This document shows, piece after piece, positions 53,125 through 64,000 of a stretch of 64,000 nucleotides of DNA. Position numbers and translations under genes: made by a program. The notes beneath the pieces were generated by a model. The model had not been told where the DNA came from. It was given only the letters and a program-made list of their open reading frames with translations, and did no database searches. Source of the DNA: Octopus vulgaris (lineage: Eukaryota); NCBI GenBank assembly GCA_951406725.2, contig OX597816.1, positions 153,450,001 through 153,514,000 on the forward strand. The letters are read 5' to 3'. Position 1 is the first letter of the stretch, and each line of letters begins with the position of its first letter.

Positions 53125-56100
53125 ATTGAACAAATGTACTATTGATGTGTATTAAAGCAGAGACATGTGTCCTCGACTGTTTCCAGACAAAACGGCCCTA
53201 TCCCTTAATGGCATGTCAACTTTGATGAAATTCTGGATTCTTGAGATTATTTCCCCATTTTAGTTTTCGTAATTTCCTTTGATAATTATGACAAGAGGCA
53301 GAGATCATAATCATTATCATCAAGGTCATCGTCATCATCTATCTTTCGTGCTTCATGCTGGCATGGGTTAGACAAGATCCAATTGAAATGCACTGTACAC
53401 CAGTGTTTGCTTTAACATGGTTTCTATGACTTGATACCCTTCCTAACACCAACTAGTTTGTAATGGATAATGGGTACATTTTTCACACAACCAGTACAAG
53501 TGAGGTTTTCATACAGCTTTGCAAGACTACGAGATCACTTTTTGCAAGGAGATGAGTAGAGAAATAGAGAACAAAGCAGAATTAGCCTTTTGCTGTAGAT
53601 GAGTTACATAGCTACTAACATTTTAGAAGAAAAGGTGGGAGTGAGCGGATGGAGCTGGCCAGTGATAAAAATAATGGTGATAACGAGTTAGGGTGGAACT
53701 TCCAAGTGAAGTGAATATGAATGAGTAGAGCCGATGAGCCAGGAGTTACAGAATAGTAATGACGGTACAGTAAATAATACGAAGAGAGAGGGAAAAAGAG
53801 AATGACATGTTAAGTTGCAGAGGTGGATGAGGAATAAAGAAGCTAGAGTAGTATATGAAGTAGGAGAGATATAGTGGTGAAGGAAGAGTGTGAATCGTAT
53901 GGAGAGTTAATTTGATGGCATAGCAGGATTTAAAGAAAGCATAGGAGGAAAGAACAGTATTAATAGATGAAAAATGAATTATAGTGAAGTAGCTCTAAGT
54001 AGAAAGAAAAGTCGTGTAAAGAAAGAACCGCAGTTACGGAAATGATGGGTGTGTATAAACTCACATATGCTCGTGTGCACATAGCTCTACCTAAATTCAC
54101 TTTCGCCGAGATGAGCGAGTCTTCTCGAGAACCGCATATGACTGGTCATTCCTGTCCTTTGTGATCTCCTCCTTATGATTTCTTTGTGATTTCCTCCTTA
54201 TCTCAATAACTCAAGAATTTCTGTTGTATTTGATATACCCATATTTGTCACTGCGTGCGCGCGTATGTGTGTATGTCTGTGTGTGTGTTTCTGTGTGTAT
54301 GAATACGTGTGTGTCTACGTATGTATGTGTGTGTATTTATACATTAAAAGGAGAACCACCAGTTTGGATTTAAGTTGTGTTTTTCATGCAAATAAGGGGA
54401 CTATGTACCTTGCTATAGGCGAACTCATTCATGATATAGGCTTCTTGCTGTGGAGATAACACTTTGTTTTGTCAAATACGGTCTATGAACTTCTTAAATT
54501 TTGGTCCCTCGCGGTACTGATTTTCGCATCTACTTTTGCAGTACCTGTACAGTCTATTTAAATGGGATCGTTCAAAGTTTTCGATTATTCTGCATTTAAA
54601 TGATAGGTATCTCTTTTCACAAACCAACAATGGAGCTTCTCTGCACACGTTCTACGTTTAAGAATCAGCAGACAAGTATCCCTTAAATCACATCCTATCA
54701 ACTTTAAAAAATAAGGGTTCATTCGGCACTGCAGTTTTATAAATGCTATATATATGTTTTACGTCTTTCAGGCGGAGAAAAAGAAAGTTCACAGATAGTA
54801 AGTTTTTAATCAGAACTCTACTAGATTGGATCTGACCCGACTGAATAATGGTAGACCCACTCATTTATCGATCTTTACTCAATTGATAGCGTGATTGACC
54901 TTTTCAATGTAGTAAACTAAATTTCCAACATCAAATTTTCTATAATCTTATTCGAAAGATATCTTTTAAAACATGAAAGGACGGAGATAGTTTGCTTTAT
55001 TTGACAATATTGTTAGTCAGGTTACCTCTGTATGCTTCATTTGTTGGTTCTGTAACATCTGGTCGAAGCTACTCAACAACAAGAAATACAAAACCTAAGC
55101 AGAAAATAACTTATATTGGTGCGTAGTTAAATGTTATTATATTCCGAAAAACTCAAAAATCAAAAATTTTGTTTAAAAGGAATTACTTCTGTTAAGGGAT
55201 CTAAATTTCATGCTAAAGGTAGAATGGCAGGTTGTGATACACTAGGTGTAAGGGAAATGAAATTCCTTGAAAATAAGAAACTGAAACTACATTATGAACT
55301 CAGAAAATCAGAGAGATACTCGTACTTTGTGTTTTACAGTATTAGAGTTACCTAATTTGAAAGTTGCAGATTATATTTTAAACTATTTAACTTCGAAGTG
55401 ACTTCAACATTAATTTCTCCAGGTCTATGCAAAGATTTCATCAATTGAATTTTCTTGTCTTCTATCAAATATATAACCTAGACATGAATAAATATTTTAT
55501 TGATTTTTCATCGTCTTCAAAGTAAATGACGCAAAAACCAATCAGCAGTTAGTTATTTGCATTAATCTACTGCAATGAGAATAATTTAATTTCATGCTTT
55601 TATTAAAAGAAGCATACATTCGTAACTAAATTTTCTCATTGTATTACTAATAAAGTATCAACTGAAAATTATTTGTCTGAAAAGAAATCAGTTTATATGT
55701 AGAAAAATCAGTTTGCATATTGAAAATGTATTTAGTTGTTAATAGAAGTAAAGATTTATGCATGTGCTTGCAGAATCAAAATCAAGTTTACTTCGTTAAA
55801 ATTACTCGACTGAGTGTTGAAAATTGAGGTTAATTAATGCATTATTCACCATTGCTAATGACTGTTTCATATAAATGACGATTGCAGCGGTCAGTAACAG
55901 CAAGCTGCCCATCTATGTGCTGAATGGTTAATGTTTTGTATCCTTCCACGTACGCAATGACACATTGAAGACTGACATTAAACCGCTGTTTGCCTAACCA
56001 CAGACACCTACGGTGCTAGCATTTATCACAAGTTTTCTTAATGTAAAGGGAAGGAGATACATACGTTCCCACGAGTAGGGTGCTGCTGTGTTACAAGTGT

Positions 56101-56459
56101 TTACTTGTCATTAAAAACCAGTAAAGTTCTAATCAGCCCAGTTGCACTATGATGCTTAGGGCAATAAATTATCAATCTTCGCTACCTACATACAGCTTAG
56201 TGAACTTACTTTTTCACAGTTGAATCTGTTAGCCACGAATACAACACAGTGTCATACGCAGGAAACGTTGATTTCTCAGTACTTGTATCGATTAGATTAT
56301 TCACGCTTTCTTATGGAATTTATAGAGATGTAAATATATATGACTGTTAAATGAATTAGATAATAAGGCTACACTTCACTAGTCAACGATTCGGGAGTCA
56401 AATGTAGTCATAGATATAGCTAGAGGGAGGTGCTCTGCAAAACTGATTTGCCTAAGATC

Positions 56460-56490
<31 letters not shown>

Positions 56491-57022
56491 CGAGCAAAAT
56501 GCCCCCCGTCCAATGGACGGTGCTGAATCATATCTGCTGAATAAAAAGAAATTAGTGTTTTCTTTTCATTAAAAAGTAATTAAGCATACCTTTATTTCAA
56601 TAAAAGTTTTGGTTTTGTTAAACGAAGTTACGGCAAAAACAAAAACTTCTTGAGTAACCAATCGGTCTTTCCTTCCTTCATGCCACGTTTGAAGAAAATA
56701 TCTCTTTTGCATCTTACTTTTTTTGGTCTCTTAGATATACTGCATTTTGTGGCATTATTTCAAGCCAGCCGGCTTTTTTTGCGCAAACTGCACGTGCATT
56801 TTTCTCGCGTACGCGTAGTGTCGATCGTAACAGTTGATGTACTTACGCGTACAAATGCACTTTCCCACGGCTTTATCGATCGCATTCTCACCTGGAATCG
56901 ATTTTTGCAATTTTTTCAAGACTTATACCGTCGGTATCTACATATTAACTTTGAGCGCAACCGGATGGAGGATGCCCGAGATCCTAGAAGACACACACAC
57001 AGAACGAATTTTATATAATAGA
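56491..57022 (-). mobile_element. Non-autonomous Helitron-like element (third family)
   Basis: Minus-strand 5' end A|TCTATTATATAAAATTCG. 3' end has the CCGTCC-ATT-GGACGG hairpin then CTCG|T (CTAG variant), inserted in (TA)n. Confidence 0.6.
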
Positions 57023-57934
57023 TATTCAATGGTATTCTCTAAGTCAAGATATTCACCACCACAAATACGAGGTTGAACTGACTGGCTATTTATGGTAGTG
57101 ATTCAAAAACTGTTTCTGATATAGATACAAGGCCTGAAATTTTGATAGAGGGAGTTAGTCGATTAAATAGAACCCCTTCCATATTTGATAGGGAATTCAT
57201 TTTATCGATCTAGAGTGATAAAAGACAAAGTTGACCTCGGCAGAAATTGAACAGCAGTCTGCAATTCCAAAGAAATAATTCCAAACAGGAATAGAAACTA
57301 AACAATGTACTTTATTTAGTGAATGTCATCTCTAGTCTAGTATTTTGCCATGAAACCGATTAAATTTATTTATTAAATAAGAAGAATGTACAAGATTATC
57401 GGCATTCTACTACTACCAAAGTTTTCTTCATTAGCTTGATTCGCAAAAATTGGGATGAGTATTTCATACCACAAGAATTACATTTTATAATCGAAAAGTA
57501 TTTGGTTAAATTGGAATACCGAGATAAAATTCTATGACAAGAATAGCTTTAAGAGGGCTGAATCCCGCTAGCTGACTTCTGTTACTTTTGTCTTACTCTT
57601 GAAGAGAAGTGCCTGTGTTATTCCTACGTTGAGAAGATGATGTATTCAAGTAACAAACCTACACTTTAATGTGCTAAGCGACTTTCTCATTCATTTGCAA
57701 CAGAGAAAACAATAAAACATCAGACACAATACAGAACAGCATCAAATTTCATACTTCAGAAGCAAGTTCAAATCCTAACCGACTCATCATTACCCGTTCA
57801 TTTGTTCAAGAGCGTATTATTAAAAAGATTTATACAAATAGTGCCTAACTTAAAAATAACTTTAATTGTAATTTCTTTCGTAATAGCTGCTGTATACTTT
57901 ACTAACTACGTCACCCACTAATTATTTTACACAG

Positions 57935-58044
57935 GCATTTGGCTTCATCTCAACTACAAGCAGCTGACGCAAGAAAGGTATTTCCCTGTTTCGACGAACC
58001 TGATTTAAAAGCCCGATTTACAGTCAGTATTATATACCCTACAG
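57935..58044 (+). CDS. ANPEP: Aminopeptidase N-like (M1 family) internal exon
   Basis: ttttacacag acceptor; HLASSQLQAADARKVFPCFDEPDLKARFTVSIIYPT (cf. APN TQMQAADARKSFPCFDEP); gtaaag donor. The phase-1 junction fits the next exon. Orthology among M1 paralogs is not established. Confidence 0.85.
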
Positions 58045-58453
58045 GTAAAGGCCATTTTCTTCATTTATCCAATTTCTATAAGACTGAAATTTCATTTCCT
58101 TCATTACATATATTCTTGCACAAAAGCGTTCGGATTATTACTTATTTCAACAGTTTATAAAGACGCTTTTACCTCAGTATTTTAATATATGTGAACTCGG
58201 CAACAAAAATTTTCCTTATTTAATTATAATAAATTGCCTAAAATACCATTGAAGGTCTTAATTGCTAATTATCTGTAATGTTCACTAAAAGTAATCAATG
58301 TAGGATAAGAAGTACACTATATTATCTATAAATATTAGTCTACATTATCAATAAAAAGTACGAATTAGCCATAAGAGTATGTTTCGTTATTTGGATATTT
58401 TCGGCATCAAACATGCATGTCAAGCATATACACTCTCTTCTTTTTCATTTTAG

Positions 58454-58617
58454 GGTATGTAGCTCTTAGTAACATGCCGATTGTCAACCAAACGAAACTA
58501 TCGGATAAGTGGATGCGAAACCAGTACGCCACATCGCCGATTATGTCTTCCTATCTACTTGCGTTTGTTGTTGCAGACTTCGACTATAGGGAGAAAATCT
58601 TAAAAAATAACTACACT
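58454..58617 (+). CDS. ANPEP: Aminopeptidase N-like (M1 family) next exon
   Basis: tttcattttag acceptor; GYVALSNMP...YATSPIMSSYLLAFVVADF; gtaagt donor. Confidence 0.85.
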
Positions 58618-60562
58618 GTAAGTTGATACGCTGTAATTATAAATAATTTCGTTGTTGTTTAAAATACAGTAGCATCCAGAATCCAAGGAAACAGGTGATG
58701 GCCTGCGTCAGCAAAAGTTGGTAGATAAAAATAATTACAGTGAGTTCATTTTGTGCGAGAAGTAATAACGTTTCGAAGAGGTGTCCGTCTTTGGAAAGAT
58801 ATATTTGAGACTAATACCGAGGTTACTAAGTTCCAAATATATATACTTCTTTACTTTTCATTTTATGATATATTGATCTTTGTAAATATATTTGATATGC
58901 ACACTCATTACATTTGCAATTTTTCATTTTGAGACTGTATCCAGTTATTATTTCTATTTTTATTTATATTGATATGTTCCATTGCTTCACACAGAAACTA
59001 CACCATGTATACAATATTACTAAATTATTGAGTGCAAAATATACACGCTCCGCATTTACGGATATAGAGATGTATATAACTACGACGACACTTATTTACA
59101 ATAATAAATAAGCCACGTGGATGGCAGAATTAGCAAAGCCGCAAAATGTATTGCCGTATAAGTTTCTGATATTTTATGAGGATCAACGTGTCCTTTCATT
59201 CTTTCGAGGTCGAAAAAATAAGCTACCAGCCAATTATTGGGAACGATATAATTAACTCTCTAATACAGTAACCTAGTGCGATTATTATGAGTCATTTTTA
59301 ATATAGTTATTACTATACGTCAGCATTTTTTCTAGCTCTTTATACTATCATCGTTACTATGTCAAAAACCTTGAGTTCAAATCCCGCGGAGGTTAGTGTT
59401 GCTGTTCATTCTTCTAGGTTCGATAATTCGATGTAGTGGTCAGGTACTGGGGTTGGTTTAATCAACCAATCTCTTCCCTTATACTACCATTATTATTTAG
59501 TTGATATTAAGGTGGCTAGCTGGCAGACCTGTTACCGCACCGGACAAAATGCTTAGCAGCATTTCTTCGGTTTTTTACATTTTGGGTTGAAATATCACCG
59601 AGGTGGACTTTGCCTTTTATCCTTTCGGGGTCCATGAAATAAATACCTGTCAAACACCGGGATCGATGTAATCTCCTTCCCCTAAAATGTCAAGCTATGT
59701 GCTTAGAGATTATTTGGTTGCTACTTATTGTATTCCTACATCTCCTACAGCGAGCCGAAACGTGATGGCATTGTGAGGTGTTATTTCGCCTGTGTTACAT
59801 ACATACATATATACCGTTTTCGTGGCACCTAACAGAAAAGGAATGTGCTGCTGCCCCAAAAATGCGACGAAATACTTGTATTAGATTTGAGATTGCGGTA
59901 AAATAAGCTACTCACTCGACTATTCTACCTCTTCTACATATAAACAGGAACATAGAAATTTTATGAGTGTTCTTAAATTAGACGTTACTAATATTCTAAT
60001 ATTTGTGTGATTTTGAGGTGTTTATAGTCTAATGTCATCCTGATAATCAAGATGAAATTATAGACAGACTTGCCGTGACATGTATGAATTAGTAAAGTAA
60101 CAGCAGTTGACCATTTCAACACAAACGCTCTTACATGCACAATGTGCTCTTATACATAAATTTAAACACACGCATAGACATTCAAATGTCCATAAGCATC
60201 GATTTGTTTTGTTTTGTTGTTTTTAATCTCGTATTTTTCACTGTGCATGCATGCATGCGCTTACAGAAACAACATCTCTTTGAAAGAGAATGAAGGCATA
60301 CATCAACAACACTATAATACAATGCAGCTGATGAAATCATACGAATTCAAATCAACAATCAAACAATGATTGGAGATATCATATTCTATCATAATTGAAT
60401 TTTACTTGGTATTTTTGTTTGCTTTAAAAAAACTTTTTTATCGTTTGCCTCGGCTTTCTGTTTTAATTGCAGCAATTATCTTGTTCATTGTGCATCGATA
60501 CAATCTAATCACCACTATCATCAACATTGTCATCATCGTCGTTGACGTTGTCATCGTCTTTG

Positions 60563-60605
<43 letters not shown>

Positions 60606-62287
60606 TTTCATTATCATCATCACTATCACGGCCACTATTTTCACTATTAATATTGTTCATTTTATCATCTTCATTGTCATCATCATATCCTCTACAGTAA
60701 CCACTACCACCATCATTTTATTTATTATCTTGATGCTCCGTAATAACAGTGCCATCATAATCACCATCATTACATCGACATCATGATTTGCAACACCAAC
60801 AAATCATGATAATGATAAAAATCGATTGTCATCACCATAATCATCATCATAGCTATGAGCTATCCTCAATGCCACAGTATTCATCACTACAATTATTATC
60901 ATCATCGTCATCATCACCACCATCATCATCATCATCGTCGTCGTCAACATCATCTTGATCACCAACATCATCACCACCAACCACAACAACATCTTTTGAT
61001 GTTTAGATTCCTGTCAGTATTTCTAGAAAATATTATCACGAAAAATATCGTCCTTAACAACCCAATTTCTTTTTATTTTCTTTTTCCATTTTTTCATTAT
61101 TTCTTTCCTTTCCTATTTTAATTTTCATGTGCTCTCACACTCGCTCTTTCTCACTCTATCCCCCCTGTTCTCTTCCTTGCTTAATCTCTCTCTCTTTTTC
61201 TCACTCTCTCTCTCTCTCTCTTCTCTCTCTATGTCTCTATTTCTCTCTCTCCCTATTTCTCTCTATCTCGCTTTCTCGTTCACTCACTCGCTCTCTCACT
61301 CCTTTATTGTCTTTTTCGTTATGTTAAATATTTCATATTTCCAGAAAAACCAAGACATGTGTAACAGAGGTAAATAGAATAAGGTATAGGTCAAATGACA
61401 AAGTAAAGACAGATTAAGAAGATAACGGAGAGTAAGGAGAGAACAATGCAGAGAAGAAAGATGACCAAAAGATAAGTAAACAGCGAGAAAAAATAAAGAA
61501 ATCTGAAAGGGAAAGAAAAGGGTAAAGTGATAGCAATGAGAAAGGGAGATCAGAGCGTCGATGAGATTAGAACACTTAGAGGATTTAGTCAAAATATAGT
61601 GAATGAAGCAAACACGAGGTAAAACGTGACAAAAGGAAAAAAACAATGGACAGCATACGGAATACAAGGGAAAATAAAAGACGAAGTAAGGTTACAATAA
61701 ATGAAGAGTAAAGGAGAGTGGCATAAAATTGAATTTAGAACAAAAACAAAGTAAACAGAGAGCAACGAATTACGGTGAAGATTCAGCAAGGATACAGAAA
61801 AAACATTAAAAAAAGTGAGAAGAATCAGAAATTAATACTGGTGTGTTGAGAAGAGGAAAAGTGAGAGTTGATGGCAGGACAAAGGAGATATAACGATTGA
61901 AAAGGATAGAAGCTGGAGTTAAAAGTAGACCAAGAGAAAGAGAATGATTAATAGGAGCTTAAATGGAGAGTAGGAAGAGTAGATTTAAAGTAAAGTAAAG
62001 TGAGAATAATTAGAAATTAATGGAAAAGAGATGAGCATAAAGGAGAATTACAGAGAGACAAAGTGAAAAAAATAAAAGGCAGGAGCTCTAATGGTAAGAA
62101 AGACAGTTAGTAATGAGAACAAGAGAGAGTGCTATTTGTAAAAGAGAATGTAGAGAGTATAAGATAGTATAAACAGAGATTAACGGAGAATTAAAGGAAA
62201 TTAATTATTTATTGAAAGGGACAAGATAAGATAATAGAACGATGGAGAGAACATATATATACATGCATGTGCATATATGTATATATA

Positions 62288-62359
<72 letters not shown>

Positions 62360-62469
62360 ATATGTATATATATAATTTTAGCTGAACGAATAAACGCTAG
62401 TACTTATTTTTTACATTTTTAAGCCAGTTACTTATTCTGTTTTTTTTTTGCATACTGCCAGTTATACAT

Positions 62470-62610
<141 letters not shown>

Positions 62611-62765
62611 ACAACATATGTAAGCAAACTTTGGGTGGGGTTGTATTTTGAGGAACCCTCGAATGTGTATCGTACCATATAGACAAGAAAGTAATTTTTC
62701 GAACGAAGTATAACCGTGAAAACAGCACAAAATTGGGTGTTTTATCCTTATATGACGGAAAACGT

Positions 62766-62840
62766 TATCAGCAGACACGAACTTGCACCTCTCAGATACC
62801 GGCTGAGTAATCTACCATTAAGCTAAACTGCCTGCTGATA
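62766..62840 (-). other. tRNA-like sequence (pseudo-tRNA or SINE head) enclosed by an inverted repeat
   Basis: TAGCTTAATGGTAGA A box, CTCAG-CCGGTAT-CTGAG anticodon-like arm, AGTTCG. The 3' half of the T-arm is missing. Confidence 0.45.
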
Positions 62841-63099
62841 CCAAATTTAGTAAAATTAAACGCTAAATGCATAGATTATTTGAAACATATTTTGTTGTCT
62901 TTTGAAAGCGTCGAATATGTATCGTATCATACAGACAAGAAACTAGTATAACTGTGAAAGCAACAGAAGGATTGAATACTTTACCCCTATATGAAGAAAA
63001 AATACCCAATCTACCTGCTGTTTTCACGGCTATTCTGTGTTTGAAATATCACTTTTCTGTCTGTATGATATATATATATACAAAGGGCTTCTTTCAATT

Positions 63100-63720
63100 T
63101 CCGTTTATGATTTTATTGAATCGATCGTCAATATAGTTTCCATGATATTCCATATACTCGTAAGCTTTTTAATCCCATTAGTGAAAAACACTTTCGGTTT
63201 CAAAGAGAAGAACTCTGGAAGTCAGTTGTTCGAGAGGTAATCCATTCAAGTGATTCTGTAAACTACGGAACAAATGGTAATCTGAAGGAGTAAGATCTGG
63301 GGAATAAGGCAGATGAGCACTGTTTCCCAGCTAAGTTTCTCAATCTTCTGTGGCGTGATATTTGCAGAGTGGAGCCTTGCATTGTCCTGATAAATCATCA
63401 CTCTCTTTCGATTCACTAAAGCAGGCCTATTTTACTTCAAAGCAGCGTTCAAACGCTCTAATTGCTGACAGTAGATTTGAACATTTATCAGTTGGTAGCA
63501 ACTCAAGTGCATCAGTTGGTAACAACTGAAAGTGAATGACACCTTTGCAATCCCATCAAAAACAGAGAGAATAACATTCTTCGCATGGAACTCATTTTTT
63601 CGGCAGCGGTTGGGCTCTTCAAGACAATGTCTACGACGCTGTGAATTTTTAATAAAAATGCGAAGGTGGTTTATCAATTCAAAAATCGATATCCACGAAA
63701 TAGTCATACTTTCAAACTTT
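63100..63720 (-). mobile_element. Mariner transposase fossil
   Basis: YQDNARLH and HLPYSPDLTPSDYHLFRSLQNHL on the minus strand. Confidence 0.75.
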
Positions 63721-64000
63721 TTAATGCTAAAATCCTTCCTGATGACCGTCTTTGCAATCCCGAAATACATCGTAACCATTGGTCCAGCCGTCTGGCCGTG
63801 AAGAGGGAATAGACAAAGAGATGGACAGACGGATATAACGCCCATTCTAGAAAGATAGCAAATCTGCCCTTCTACGATGGGAAATATAGGTATAGTATCG
63901 CAAATCTAAACCCCCTAAATTCACGGACCATACGGGGGCGAAATCCCACCGGAATTTTAACAAAAAAATCAAAGGTGATTTATTAATACAAAACTCAATA

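Noticed and set aside
54772-54797. Possible micro-exon (tttcag|GCGGAG...GATA|gtaagt) upstream of the APN exons
   Set aside because: Splice signals only. The peptide has no recognisable M1 similarity, and RNA data would be needed.
60370-61121. Hydrophobic poly-Ile and poly-His ORFs resembling membrane or metal-binding proteins
   Set aside because: They come from degenerate (CAT)n repeats, with no splice or homology support.
61350-62250. Long purine-rich strand-skewed tract (also ~53600-54050)
   Set aside because: No ORF or motif is recognisable. Probably decayed low-complexity or TE sequence.

Overview
This is repeat-saturated animal genomic DNA. The microsatellite load and SINE families look like an octopus or other coleoid cephalopod genome, but that is inference. 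The only host gene I can support is an aminopeptidase N-like (M1 family) gene: two + strand exons at 57935-58044 and 58454-58617. The rest is mostly transposon debris: R4/Dong-type RLE retrotransposons piled into (TAA)n tracts (one keeps a 602-aa open RT-CCHC-RLE ORF), a near full-length RTE LINE, two Tx1/L1-type LINEs (one with a 15-bp TSD), a CR1/Jockey-type fragment, Penelope-like remnants, Tc1/mariner fossils, tRNA-derived SINEs and several non-autonomous Helitrons. Best observations: (1) an HDV-like ribozyme fold exactly at the RTE 5' end; (2) a near-intact hammerhead ribozyme at 4496-4575, plus several decayed ones beside (TA)n tracts; (3) a head-to-tail trimer of composite Helitrons with exact CTAG|TC junctions and different cargo in each unit; (4) an RLE element family that seems tied to (ACAT)n rather than (TAA)n; (5) a Helitron family carrying a Pif1 helicase motif in antisense. 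All structures were read by eye, and boundaries of decayed elements are approximate.
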